DNA of 64,000 bases from assembly GCF_001194135.2 (NCBI RefSeq), contig NC_068997.1, forward strand, positions 54,764,099-54,828,098, read 5' to 3'. Shown piece after piece: positions 38,408-52,414 of the stretch. Within the stretch, counting starts at the first letter, position 1, and each line of letters starts with the position of its first letter. The stretch is from Octopus bimaculoides. Its lineage: Eukaryota. The notes under the pieces were generated by a model. The model saw only the letters and a list, made by a program, of their open reading frames with translations, had not been told where the DNA came from and made no database searches. A program made the translations under genes and the position numbers.

Positions 38408-38935
38408 AGTGTGGCATCATTCATATAAAAGTGTTGGTTGTGGAGTAAAAGTTGACAAAAGAAATATTTACAGTGAGTCATTGCTGTTGAAATTTGTAAT
38501 TCTGGAAAGTTAAAACAAAAGCTCTGTGGGAAAAATATTTTAGTGTCATATTCTGTTCAAAATCATGTGGTGTACATCAAAGAAAATGGTTTGCCATTTC
38601 CTACAACTGATGCTTCAAAGTTGCCACAAAGTGATGTTCAGTTCTGTTGAGATATTTTCATTTTAAGAAAGGACTGCAACATGTATTATTTGGCCTCAAT
38701 GGCAAAAACAATGAATAATCTGAGAGAGTAACACATTAGGTGCTTGGTAGACAAGAGATGACATGTTTGGGTCTGATTAAAGTGTTCTCATACACTGCTG
38801 AGTAAATTAGAGGCATCAAGCTTGGATCAGAAGAAAGTGTCTGCATAAATTGTTGCTGACAATGCAAGTGTAAACTATGGAAAAACAACAAATTTTATCA
38901 AAGAATGAAAATGGCTCAAAAAAACATTATTCCTA
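38408..38935 (+). mobile_element. Degraded hAT-superfamily transposase fragment
   Basis: Frameshifted translation HHSYKSVGC...KENGLPFPTTDAS...LRYFHFKKG...LLSKLEASSLDQKKVSA*IVADNASVNYGKNNKFYQRMK, containing the TDAS and DNA.VN.G motifs around the first two catalytic Asp of hAT transposases. Confidence 0.75.
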
Positions 38936-39732
38936 CTAATTCTTTAATCTCTATTTTGCACCACACCTTACAGTTTTATTTTTATAGCAGCAGGGTGTGA
39001 TGTGGGGGAGATTTGGTTTCTGTTTCTAGCAAGTTGAGCTATAGTATATAAATTCATTTGGCAACATTCAATGGAATGATGTTAGGTTTTTATCACAAAA
39101 TTCAATAACATAAATAGAAATAATACTGAGTTTGTTTTAATTCAGCTATGGGCCATGTCCCTCATAATATTAGCCTTGAACTTAGTTATGAATCTAATCA
39201 TTCTCCAATAACAAATCATCAAATATGATGACAATGCACAATTTCGTATATGTTTTGGTGGTCACTTTCATAGCATAGTTGCAGTAGTTGCTAAAAATGT
39301 TTTTCACTGACACATAATTGCAAATCTAAAACACAAATATAAAATGTTAATAATTTATCATGGAGACTTAAGAAAGTGAAGAACAATATACTTTGATCAT
39401 TATACTGGATTTAGTGTCAGAGGTTAAAAAAGATGTGAAATTTTTCAAGCAAACTGTTCACTAAAGCGAAATTTCTAATGTAGGTTATTTCCTTGGGTAT
39501 TAATTTTCATATCACAATTATTATAACTGATTTCTTTACAAGTTTACACATGAATGATTTTTAAGAAGGAATGCCATCAAAACTCTAAATTTGACCAGTC
39601 GTTAGCAAGTGATTCAGTCTGGAAATTTTTATTCAATGCCATCATTAAATAGTTTTGACAGAAAACCACTACATCAAGGTTGTTATTTACCCATGACTGA
39701 GTTGGTATGTATGTGTACATTACATGTGTATG

Positions 39733-39766
<34 letters not shown>

Positions 39767-39782
39767 ACATACATACATGTCC

Positions 39783-39990
39783 CAACATGACTCCTTGTAC
39801 AAAACTGTTCTCCAGGGAACAGATGAAAGAGGATAAAAAAAGACGAGGCATCAAAGAAAATCCTGATCTGAAAACATCAATCAATGAGCAGGCTTTAGCA
39901 ATGGCTCTTCTGCATGTGGCAGAGAGCCAGGACCAGTGGTAATTACTGGTTGCTGGAGTACCTGAAATAGCAGCCCAGTGAATGGCTGTG
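39783..39990 (+). mobile_element. RTE/BovB-like LINE C-terminal fragment (a different family from the young RTE)
   Basis: QHDSLYKTVLQGTDERG*KK...LLHVAESQDQW*LLVA matches RHDSL.KTILQG.VEG.R.RGR...LL..AE.RD.WR. Confidence 0.75.
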
Positions 39991-40224
39991 CCAGTCAATG
40001 AAGATACTCTGTGTGTGTGTGTGGGGGGGGGGGGTAAATATATATGTGTATATATATATATATNNNNNNNNNNNNNNNNNNNNNNNNNNNNNNNNNNNNN
40101 NNNNNNNNNNNNNNNNNNNNNNNNNNNNNNNNNNNNNNNNNNNNNNNNNNNNATATATATAGTTGAAATTTATAGAAAATCAAAAGACAAAGACAGGTGT
40201 TTGAACAACAAGCACGTGTATTAG

Positions 40225-40400
40225 TTTGATGCTCACACACACAACACACACACACACACAAATGGGCTTCGACACTGTTTTCTTCTAGCAAATTCCCCTC
40301 ACAAGGTATTGATTAACCTGAAGCTACAAACAAAATCTGCACATGGGATTGAACACAAGGCCATGTGTTCACAAAGCAAACTTCCCAACTATGCAACCAT
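40225..40400 (-). mobile_element. SINE family 1, degraded
   Basis: ATGGGCTTC...CAAATTCCCCTCACAAGG...GGGATTGAAC...AAGCAAACTTCCCAACTATGCAACCAT. Confidence 0.65.
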
Positions 40401-41270
40401 ACACACACACACATACACATAACATATATCTTTGCATATGAGTACACACACATGCACGCACACACACACACACGTTTCATGATTGCTCAGTTTTTGGCTA
40501 TATGTTAATTCATTTGACAAGCACAAGATTGATATAACGTTTTAAGTAGATTTTTATTTAAAAATCTTGTGAGACATAAATAATAAGTATAATAAGTGTG
40601 TTATTAGTAGAAATATATTGATAGTAGTTGAAAGAGATCTTTCAACAGATATTGCTTGCTGTGGTATAAAATACTATTGAAATGTTGCAAGAAGATAAAT
40701 CTGCCAAAATGGTTTGAATTATGAGATGCAATATAGTCATAAATATTTTTTAACTTGGTATTTTGTTATCTTACTTACAAAGAATAAAAGTAAAAATAAA
40801 AAGAGAAAGAAAGTGCGTACTGCAGCTCTAACTAGTATTTCAAAAGAAACCGAAACTGATTAACTGACATGATAGATGTAAATGTGCAACATGAGTTATG
40901 TACCTTCTTCTAATATTAATAAACTATAAATCATTAGGTAAAATAGTAATTATTTGAAGTAACTTATTGAGAATCTTAAACCAAAAACAAGATAACAAAC
41001 ATTTTTTAACTAAAAAGATTGACAGTAAAATATAAAATACATTAATTTTTACAATAGTAAAAACATTGATCACATTAATAACAGTGTTATTATGGATCGT
41101 TACTCTATGGGTACCTCATGATTTGTATTCTTATATATACTGAATGTTCAATCTCTACTATAATTAGACCTCTCACCTCTGAGCTGAGATGGCTGGATTC
41201 ACCAGAACTGAACTGTTTTTTTAATTCTAATATGCTAGAAAAATATATATTTATCTGCGAGAATTGAATC

Positions 41271-41340
41271 AGTTATTTTGACTCTTTAGATCAGATTATA
41301 TCTAAAGAGTTATTTTAACTCTTTAGATCAGACTGTATCT
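41271..41340. repeat. 33-bp direct duplication containing an 11-bp inverted repeat
   Basis: 41271-41303 and 41308-41340 differ at 3 positions; ACTCTTTAGAT (41281-41291) pairs with ATCTAAAGAGT (41300-41310). Confidence 0.85.
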
Positions 41341-41639
41341 CATCTTCAACTGATACAATCTCTCTCTTTCTCTCTCACACACACACACTTTAACATATAT
41401 AGGCAAGCTGAATGGAAGATATATAGCGCTGCCTTTTTTAGTTTGATGCTCTGCCTTTTACTGTTGGACGTGGTAATCCAGTATGTTCATAAATTTGAAA
41501 TGTCCATCTTTTAGGTATTGCATTATGTGGTCTTCATTTCAGAAAGTATTAGCAAAATACCAGAACCATTTGGTACTTATAAGGTGGCTTGGACAAACTA
41601 TTTTGGTCCTCTCCTCCTTATTAATATGGTAGTGTTATA

Positions 41640-42290
41640 TCATTGCAGTGTCACAATATCGACCAGACCATCAGATCCCGCTTCACATCACTGGTCACAG
41701 TGCGCTTCCAATTTTGTTTTGATCTCACCATTCATTTCCATCTTGACCAAAATCACTCGGTCAGATTGTTCTTCCCATTGTCATGGAGGCCTTCCAATTG
41801 GTCTTTTCTGATATTTTGGATACCACCTGGCAACTGAACAGGTCCACCTGTTGTCTGTGAACCTTGTGACAGGTCCAGCTTAGTGGAACTCACACTCCCG
41901 ATACTCTGTGATGACATTGTTCTATTCCCGAATTATCGTATTTCTAATGTGCTCTGGTAATGCTATTCCTAGCATGGGTCTTTTCATGGCCCTTCGCATC
42001 ATAGCCGATTGATATTCTATCCACTTCATAGTAGCCCATGTCTCATTTGTGTATAAGAGCATAGGTGCTATTGACAATGGTGCTATTGAAGAGTCTGGCA
42101 CGTATGGCATTGTCTAGCTTTCATTTGGAAGCACATCCTTTATTGACTTAAATGCCTTCCATCCTGCCTTTATTCTCTTTGAGATTTCAGCATCCATATC
42201 TCAGTGCCTATTGACTGTGTGCCCTAAGTAAATGTACTCCTTTATCTCCGACATTTCACTGCTTCCCATTTCTAATCAGTCTTGTGCCAC
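41640..42290 (-). mobile_element. Degraded RTE-1-like LINE 3' ORF fragment
   Basis: KEYIYLGHTVN..*DMDAEISKRIKAGWKAFKSIKDVL...LLYTNETWA...RAMKRPMLGI...HIRN...AGPVTRFTDNRWT...WYP...KRPIGRPP; multiple stops. Confidence 0.88.
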
Positions 42291-44369
42291 ATCTTCCAAT
42301 ATATATATTTTGTTTCTATGTTATATCATGTGTAAAGATTTTCTTATTGAAATAGTTCTACACTTCATATCCCTAGTATACACTGGTAGCCTCACACTGT
42401 AGTCTGCAAATATCTCTAGCTTTCAGGATCCATATTTCAGCAGCATAGATTGTAGTTAGAAATACAAGATCCTTGTAAAGCCTCCTTAATATATTATTGT
42501 ACATGACTAGGTGAAATAAATTAGCATATTTTGAAGAAAAATGTACTCGGGGATGCCATCTGCATGACAAACAAAAGTTACAATAGTATAACTTTATTTA
42601 ATGTAGTGAGAATTATAATGCTAATTAGAATTATGGAGTGAGGTAAATATGATGATAATATTATTTTAATCTTTCTGGTGACAAATATTTTACCAGAGTA
42701 TGTTTTCTATTAATTTATGACTTTCTTTATAATATTCACTCAACTGTAACAGAAAAATATTATCCTCAGATTCATTTAATTTTGTTAACCTCAGGGTTTA
42801 ACATAATTTTGAACCAATTTCCAGTAAATTTGTCCATTATGCAATTACATACATAATTACAATCAAATCATTCACAGCAGATAATGATTATTCATGGTTG
42901 AAATATTTAAATATTTTATTGAGAGTAGATAATGGGTGAAGTTTTTACTTTTAGAAAATCCATTAGGAATAATTCAAACAACATTCGCAAACAAAACAAT
43001 ATCAGATCAACAAGGAAGTAAAAACTTTCTTGTTGTAACTATTACATATTTTAGTATTCAAAATGTTATGGCATTTTCCTTGCATTTAAAAAATCTTTTT
43101 GTCTTCGTTAATCTAGTGAACGAGGAAGATGCATGAATATGGCAGCTGAAAGCATTCACTTGATGCTCCATCAATTCAATAATGCTCATAAATTTAAAAC
43201 TTGTAAAATACCCAACCATTGTTTATAGCAATTTACAGCATTATTACAAAGAAAATGTAAATAAATATTGTATAAATTCTGAATTAATTACTTTCTTCCA
43301 AATTACTACATGTTGTTGAAATGCTCAGGTGATACTTGTATCAAAATATGCAATATTAATATAAACCATTGTAATGGCTTTCATAAAATTAAATATAAAA
43401 TTTGATGTTTTACAAATGGGTAGTAGATTTTTATTATTTTTATTATTATTATTAAGAATAACAGCAACTAATAAAATTGTATTAATTGTATGATGATAAA
43501 GTAGTTAATTTTTAAATGTATTTGAAGATTAAGTTAAATTTGGTTGCTAATATTCTGTTAGGTTTTAAAATAAATGAAATTATTTTTCTCCCGTAAAATA
43601 GCATTATTTCACTTCACAACTTGTTTGGAATTATTCTAAAAACACACAACAAAAAACAATGTGTATATATTTTAGATGAGAAAACAATAGAATCTGAGGG
43701 AGCTATTTGTGATGAATATTGACAAATTATGATTCATTACAATTTGTTAAATAAAATATATTCTTAAGGAAAGGGTGAGTTCTGATGGTTAGGGTTGGGA
43801 ACTTTGAAGAAGACTTTTTTTGTTCTTAAGACACAAATTTATTTCATTTGTTTATCTTCTAAATGAGTTCAGAAATTTTATATTTAATATACAATGTTTA
43901 ATGTTTAGTTCAAACTCAACCAAAAGCAATTGAAGTAGTTATTGATTGAAGTATTGGAAAGAAAATAGAAAGTCAAACATCAAGTTGACCCTTTTGGGTT
44001 CCAAGCATTATTTTGTTGATCTTAGTGGAATGTCTTTAGTATTAAATTGAATGGTGTCAGTTTGTAGCCAAATCAATTCCACATAAAATTTTCCATTGAG
44101 GTGGGTGATGAGTGGTTGTATAATGAAGTGAAAGTGAAAGTAGAGAATTGTGGAAAATGACGCAAAACGTCTCCATAAACTAGTATGGAGCCAATGTTGA
44201 TGCGAAATCTTCGATATGTTGAGTGATTTGTAATGATGGCACAATGGTCACATTTATTATTTTAAGTACAAAACATTGAAATGTTATGTGTACACTGTGA
44301 AGAGTAGTTTTGTGTATATATGGTATTAAGTATATTTTAGCTGTCTGCATGTACACACACACACACAGA

Positions 44370-44640
44370 ATATCCTCCTCCTCATCATCATCATCATTGC
44401 CCTCATTGTCTTTTGCTTGCTTTCCATGCTGGAATGGGTTGAATAGGTCCCTTCTGTTTCACTAGACAAGTGGAGGAGCCACATTTCACTTGCAAGTTTC
44501 ATTTGCCTTTCCCAGTAGTAGTCACTTCACAGTTCTAATGATGTCATGCTTTAAGAAACCTAAAGAATCATCCTAATGCTGCACCTAACGGAGTGTAATG
44601 GATGCATTTTATCATGACACCGGTACTAAAGAAGATAGGG
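44370..44640 (-). mobile_element. RTE-type 3' tail fragment, degraded
   Basis: (CAT)n then TTTCCATGCTGGAATGGGTTGAA, the reverse of CCAACCCATGCTAGCATGGAAA. Confidence 0.55.
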
Positions 44641-44975
44641 ATAGTATGTATATATGTACATGCATGTGTGTGTGTGTTTGTGTTTATATGAATTTACATT
44701 CAGTTAACTTGGCAAAATTTTAAAGATAATTACCTGTGTATATTTTTATAGAGATCTCAGATCTAAAGAATTCTTACCACTGAGGAATCCAGATGAAATG
44801 AATTCCCAATATATTAGAGTAACTTAACTACAAGATATTGCAGATAAAATATACGAAATGATAATAAAACTATCTAAATATGTATTCAGTAAAGTGAGAT
44901 TCCTCATCAAATAAGCAAGATTGAGGAGGGGAAGTCTTCGTAAACAATCTAAGCATTCAGCTGAAAACCCAAAGA

Positions 44976-45034
<59 letters not shown>

Positions 45035-46242
45035 GAAAGAGAGAGGAAATATAGAACTTAAAATCAAATTTGGGAAAACATCATTATTTACAAACTTAAT
45101 TTCCTTAGTGTCTATATCTGTAAGTATAATGCATAAATGCATAAATGTGAATAAATGCAAACAGCGAAGCTATGAATTTTATTTTTATTTTTCACAATTC
45201 AATCTAGAATTACTATCTGTATTTCTAATAGAATATTAAATTGTTCTTTTGAAGCAAAATCTAGAATATTTCTTTAGTTATCTCTTCTGTTTCCACCTAA
45301 AATAACTGATAACTTACTGCTGTAATTATTATGTTATTGCAGGTGCACCAAATACTGAAATGTGCAGACAATTATCTTACGTTTATTATTATTATTTTTT
45401 TTAATACTTCATGCTTAACAATATAAATGAAGCAAAACATTTAGTTTGCAGCTACTTCTGTAACCAAAATATTGCAACACAGCAGTAAACTCCTGTTGAT
45501 TCAAGACAGTTGGTGCCTTAGTTTCAATCTCTGCTGGAGTCGATCAACTTCATTCCATGTTGTTAATGTAAACAAAGGAAGTATTTATATAACCACCGAC
45601 ATTCTCTCCCAAAAAATTCTCAATTTTCCCCCCATGGAATTATTTCCATAGCGCTTTTCAGGATTTTACTATGCATTTCCTTGTTCATGAGTAGCTGCAC
45701 CACATGTAGCTTAGTGACAAGATGGACATTCAGTCATTAAATACAGCCTTTAAGAGATAAAAAATAAACAACCAATGTCAGAATGGAAAAGTGGATGAAA
45801 ATATGCTGTTAATGATAGCATTCCATCATTCTTCAGAATTGTTTAGTTTTATGTATTGCTTGTGTTGATACTTTTTGAGGTAAAACAATAAATGTCACGT
45901 ACTCTCCGTTTACATTTTGCTCTTGATCTGGAGTTTGACTGAAATGATTAATTCTATTTTTGTTATTTCATTTCTAATGTAAGATAACTAAATGTATGAG
46001 GAAATAAAAACCTTGCAGGGATATTTCACAGTGCATGTTGCACATGGATGTAAAGCTGCATCAGAGCCCAATTGGTAATTAATTGCAGTTGCATAGTCTG
46101 GAAGAACATTAAAAAAAAGCCTTACTCATAGAATAAGATCTTGCCAAGTCTAGGAACTGAACACAAAACCTTATGGAATGGACCATAGGTTAACCACTCT
46201 AGACACTAGGCTCTTTACTTCCACTAATCAGCAAGTTGTATA

Positions 46243-46278
<36 letters not shown>

Positions 46279-47043
46279 NNNNNNNNNNNNNNNNNNNNNN
46301 NNNNNNNNNNNNNNNNNNNNNNNNNNNNNNNNNNNNNNNNNNNNNNNNNNNNNNNNNNNNNNNNNNNNNNNNNNNNNNNNNNNNNNNNNNNNNNNNNNNN
46401 NNNNNNNNNNNNNNNNNNNNNNNNNNNNNNNNNNNNNNNNNNNNNNNNNNNNNNNNNNNNNNNNNNNNNNNNNNNNNNNNNNNNNNNNNNNNNNNNNNNN
46501 NNNNNNNNNNNNNNNNNNNNNNNNNNNNNNNNNNNNNNNNNNNNNNNNNNNNNNNNNNNNNNNNNNNNNNNNNNNNNNNNNNNNNNNNNNNNNNNNNNNN
46601 NNNNNNNNNNNNNNNNNNNNNNNNNNNNNNNNNNNNNNNNNNNNNNNNNNNNNNNNNNNNNNNNNNNNNNNNNNNNNNNNNNNNNNNNNNNNNNNNNNNN
46701 NNNNNNNNNNNNNNNNNNNNNNNNNNNNNNNNNNNNNNNNNNNNNNNNNNNNNNNNNNNNNNNNNNNNNNNNNNNNNNNNNNNNNNNNNNNNNNNNNNNN
46801 NNNNNNNNNNNNNNNNNNNNNNNNNNNNNNNNNNNNNNNNNNNNNNNNNNNNNNNNNNNNNNNNNNNNNNNNNNNNNNNNNNNNNNNNNNNNNNNNNNNN
46901 NNNNNNNNNNNNNNNNNNNNNNNNNNNNNNNNNNNNNNNNNNNNNNNNNNNNNNNNNNNNNNNNNNNNNNNNNNNNNNNNNNNNNNNNNNNNNNNNNNNN
47001 NNNNNNNNNNNNNNNNNNNNNNNNNNNNNNNNNNNNNNNNNNN

Positions 47044-47088
<45 letters not shown>

Positions 47089-47429
47089 ACACAAGTGTAC
47101 ATCAAGAGTGTGGAAGTTGCCAGAGACAGCACAACGTTTTGCTCATCAAAGGAAAATGTTTTAGTAGCAAAGACATTCAGAAGTATTTAACTTGTTTGTC
47201 ATTGTAAGAATGGAATGGAGGAATGTAGCTATCACATTCTGCGAATCAACTTTCCCTGAATAAACTGGAATTAACTGAGAAAGAAAATATTAGTGTAGAC
47301 ATGGAATTCTTATCCAGAATATGTTTATTGTGGTAGTCTTATCATTATCTTGAAACACCTGCAGTTTCGTAATTCTAATTTTTAAGGATAATAATAAATA
47401 AATATTCATTTACTTTCTTTGCACTGTAT

Positions 47430-47590
47430 ATGTGATACAATATGGCCAAGTAATTAAAACGCTTGTTTCACACTTACAAGGTCCTAGGTTCAATCCAACT
47501 GTATAACATCTTAGGGAAATATTTTCTTTAACCTTGGGTTGACCCATAATTTGTAAGTGAAATTATGGAGATAGAACCTGTGAAGATGTG
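47430..47590 (+). mobile_element. SINE family 1 head, degraded
   Basis: GTGATACAATATGGCCAAG...CCTAGGTTCAATCC...TTGGGTTGACC...TTGTAAGTGAAATT; a second fragment lies at about 48610-48720. Confidence 0.55.
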
Positions 47591-50500
47591 TCTCAGATGG
47601 AATTACCTGGAGTTTAAAGGTAGAGCTTTGCCATACAGTGTCATTGATTCTGCTGAGGAATCAACCATTTGCATGCTGTTTCAAGGTAATTCCTTTGATC
47701 AAACAACGTAACCCTCATTGTTAAATGCTGGAGATCCACCACTGTTTCGGTGTGTGTGACCTATGTGAAACTGTATCGTTGTGGATTGCTGGTGTTTTAT
47801 TTGAGTAGGGGCTTTTTGTATCACATACAAGTACTTTCTGAGATTCTAAAGTATTCAAACAGAAAAGGATTTTACATTCTTGAATTGGGTAAGAAGGTCA
47901 TCTTACATTATCCACAATTAAATTCTTTATTTGTTCAAATATCAGAGATCTGACATTTGAAAGGAACGACTTCTAAACTAATTACTCTCACAACAGATTA
48001 GCTGCCTGATATAAATGTTCAACATCCATTCACAATTATAGATGTGAATAAATGTGTGTGCTATGCAATCATTAAAGGCACCAAGAGACATCATGAATTT
48101 ACAGCTGAAGGTTTTTATATGCTGACGATCATATATAAACATCAGTTCTGACCCCGTTTTCATAAAATGTTGCAAATACTTCCTGTATACCACAGTATTC
48201 TTTTAAATTACAACATAATCGTTTGAAGTCAATTTTTTTGTTTATAAAAAACGTTTACCAGTTGTTGAACATCATAATTACTGCACTAACAGGAAATGTT
48301 TCCTTTCATACTTGTGCATATGTGTGCATACTTATGCATGCTTGCAAGTGTGTGTTGTGCTTCTTCATTTGTGTATATGTGTGAAAGTTAAGAAATGTTT
48401 ATTCTTGTATTTAAATATTTACTTGTTCTTATTAAGATGCGTGGGTTAAATATTTCAGTAAAATTGTAAAAATGAAAATGCATTTTCAAAGAGATTAATA
48501 GTATGTTGTTTTTATTTTCTCATGTAATGGAAGTAATGGAATCTCAGCTTTAAAAAGAATATAATTGGCTTCTTTGTATCAATTTTCCTTTATAATATTT
48601 ATTTTCCTTCTTAACTAAATGGTTTAAGATTTAGTCCCATTGCATGGTACCTTGTACTAAAGCCCTGACTGGCAATGTCTTGTGAGATATATGGAAACCA
48701 TAAAGGCTGCTGTGCATGTTTGCATACACAATATGTGTGTGTGTATGTGTGTATGTGCGAGTCTGTAGGAATGTTTACTTTCTACTCATCTTTGAAAAGT
48801 GATTGTTTGTTGACATTTCCCTGTCAATAAATCACCTGCTAGCTCTGTGCTTTCAAAGAGTGGAATTGAAACACCTTCACCTAGAAAATGGGAAAAGGTT
48901 AGTTACAGGGAAGGCTTTCCTGCTGTAAAAATAATCTTTCAGTAATATATATTTATTTAAGCCATGAATGAACAAAACTGAAACGTTGATATACAGAGAA
49001 GCATTTCTGAGATATTATTTAATTCCCGTCTGATCATTATTTAACATAAATGCTTTCTTTCTCTTTTTCAAAATGTATGAATCTTAAGTAATTTGAAATT
49101 AGAAAAATTGAATGTAAACTTCGATAACATTAACAAACTCTCAATTTTTGTGGTAGGACATACACTCTTGCTTGATGTTTTTACTGGTGAAAATTTGGGA
49201 ACAGTAGCTGTCTATTGTCATTGTGATAGTAACGAAGATGCAAATTGTAGGCAAGATAGAGAGGGAGGTGTGGAAGAGGAATTTGTGGCATGCACACACA
49301 TGCATGTGTGCCCATGCACTTACACATGCATGCATTCATGCATACATACACTCTGAGAAGTGGAATAGCTTATGGTGATGATGTTGATTAGAATATTAGT
49401 TGATGAGAGTGATGATGATAGTTGTATGTTGTAAAGAATTTGAGGCAAACAATGTACTAATATTCTTGTCAACAAAAAGTTAAAGACATGTACTGTATGA
49501 TTTCAAGGTTTGCAACCAAATGCAGGTAATTGTTGTTTAGCAGTGATGCCACTACCACCACCACAGTTACTATGGTGACTAACAACAGACAACATTACTC
49601 CTATCATCACCAGTTACCACTTTCATTCTATTTAAGTTACTTCCTTTAAAATGATGCAAAAGGTAGGTAGGAACATACTATTGTATTAATACATAGATTG
49701 GCCTCAAAAAGTTGAAAGGTAAATCTGATGCTTGCAATATTTGAACACAATGCAAATGGACACAATAAAATAACTGCTTAATGCCCAATGTTCTGAAGTA
49801 ATGAGCTGAGATAGAGTATACCAAATAGAATTTTTGAGGAAATTAGAGATTTTATATTTTGCAAAAAGCAGTAACTATAACCCTTGTGACTTATATGTCT
49901 GTTCTATATAATAACTGATTAAAATTACATGTACATTGGATACATTTTAAATCTCTGATCATATCTTCAAAGGGCGAACTTTACCAATAAATATATTAGT
50001 TCTTTACGACATCACTACACTTTTTAATGTGATAGTATTTGAGGGTTTGACAAGTTTCTAAACATTAGATTATTTAAAAATTATTGTACAATTAAAAATT
50101 ACAAAGTTAAAATATATTCCAAGGAAACTAGATAATGGAAAATAAGTTTAAAAAATAAAAAAAAATAAATTAAAAATAAAACTAGTTAAATACAATCTTT
50201 ATTAAACAGATTAAAATAAACAGTAAATGATCTAATAGAATTATATTAAAACCAAAGGAAAATGTGATTGCATATGAGCATAGTAAAAAGGTACAAGTAA
50301 AACAAAACATAATGGTATAATATTCTGTAATGAATACTAAAATTAATTTCTTGTGAGAATGCTTTGAGCATTCTAAAAGCAGAAATAATTACATGCTTTA
50401 GTTTAGTGGTAAAGATATAGAAAAGCTTGTAGCATGTCTAATATATTGCTGTGTTTTATAGTGTGAAACCAGTAAAAATTAAAAATAAAATTAGGCACTT

Positions 50501-51798
50501 TCTTTTTTAATTAAACCAATAGTTTTAATTGCATTCTTGTTTTAGGACTATAGTAATTTTGAAAATATTTTCCACCATAAAATGTATTAGATAATAAATT
50601 AGAATGATTTATTCCAGATTCATTGACTGGTTCCATTTAGATAAAATAAATATGCAAGGTTGGTTAAAAATTTAGCAGCCAAACATTAAACATAATCACT
50701 GGTAAGGTACTATGTTAATATATACAATGTTTCTCAAGTTGTAGAGAATACTGATTAAACACACTATCATAATAGTAATGTGGTATTGATTCTTCAATTC
50801 CTTAATTAGGGTGTGGCACCTAGAATTTAGAGCAGCCTGTAATTAAGGGAATTGACCTTGGAATTACAAAATATCTTTTATGGCTTTATTTCTATCCAGC
50901 CCACTCCAGAATGTACAATAATAATCTTTTCTACTTCACAAATAAATGGCAAAAATACATTGGACACAAGAGAAAACAAATACTAGATTGAATGTATTGG
51001 AAAATATGATTTTACAATCATATCTATGAATAAAAATATATGCTCTTCAATTATAATTTATTGTAAATATAATTCTCTTTTTGGTTTTCAATAAACTCTG
51101 ACTATAAAAAAAAAAGGTATCACTGGTAAATACATTTAATATAAATTAAATTTTCTCCTTGCTTTCAAGTAGTTTAAATATTCTGAATTTCAATCATAGA
51201 AATGAAATTTGGAAAAAATGATTTTAAAAATTCTTATCTATGTGTTTTTAAAGTATTATCTCATAACTTAACAGAATGAATTGCAAGATCTCTGATGTTT
51301 GTTTTTCTATCCCAGAGGACAAAACAGTACATAGGTTGTCCATCACTGATCTGGAAATCACTAATCCAGCTCAAATTTTAGCTAACCTACTTTTAATCTC
51401 AAATTTTCCTGGTCATTACATCAATGAATCAGTAACTTCTGGTGGTGCTATTTGCTGCATAAATTTATAATGAGTATTACTTAGAAATGTAGAAGATTCC
51501 ACATTGAAAAATGAATGGCATAAGCTGTGGCTAGGATTGATGTTTATGTTTGCATTCGATGAAGACATTGGAAATGACTTCACACGGATTTAGGGATTTG
51601 AAGGCAAAATAGAATAGACATGTTCTGCACACTTATGCTCATTATTTAACATTATTTAATCCTGCAGCAAAGGGTCTTGCATTGAGAGTGGATGAACAGA
51701 ATGCTGGGGTACGGATGAATGTAGATGAAAATACAACTGTTCTTCATTATACTAACTCAGTGTGTAAATGGTTACAAGTCCACAGTAATAAGCCAGTG

Positions 51799-51837
<39 letters not shown>

Positions 51838-52414
51838 AGTGATGAAAATACGGAGAATGTGGCAGGAGGGTCTCTATTGATAGATAAATTCAGTTGACAG
51901 GTGAACTGCTAAAAGGTTTGGAGCAATACAGTTTTATAAATGAACAACTGATAATAGATGTTTACATGCTGCAGGATAAATTTATCAAAGAAAACCTAAA
52001 TATATGAAACAGCTCACCTTGCAAAATATGGTGAAATAAAGTAGCTAAAGCCATGGAAGAGAAAAGGCATTATTCAAAAGTCCAGTGGCTTTAAACAACT
52101 CCTCACCCAATTGTGCTGTCACTATCATCATCATCATCATCTTAGTCACTTTCTAAAATGAAGGAAATAAGAATCCCAGCAGCTCATCAACTTAAGGAAA
52201 TGCCAATCCATACGGATCTTTACCTCATAATATGGAAATAAGTTTGCTCAAAAATTCCAGCTCTTCACTTTGGAACCAGCTGTGAAATTTTTGGTTGTAA
52301 GTCATTGAAAAATTTCATTTGATTTTTCCTTTAAAGTTTCCTGTTTCTTTATCAACTAACTTTTACAAATTTATATATTCTTCAGGTAGCAATGAAGGGT
52401 TAGCTACTGGCTTA

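Noticed and set aside
2-47207. Long ORFs rich in IYIY, HTHT, CVCV or X in the ORF track
   Set aside because: They are translations of dinucleotide microsatellites and N-gaps, not genes.
47607-47649. 43-nt minus-strand exon candidate INDTVWQSSTFKLQ with CAG acceptor and GTAATT donor
   Set aside because: No recognisable domain, and its phase-0 end cannot join the TSR exon directly; indistinguishable from chance.
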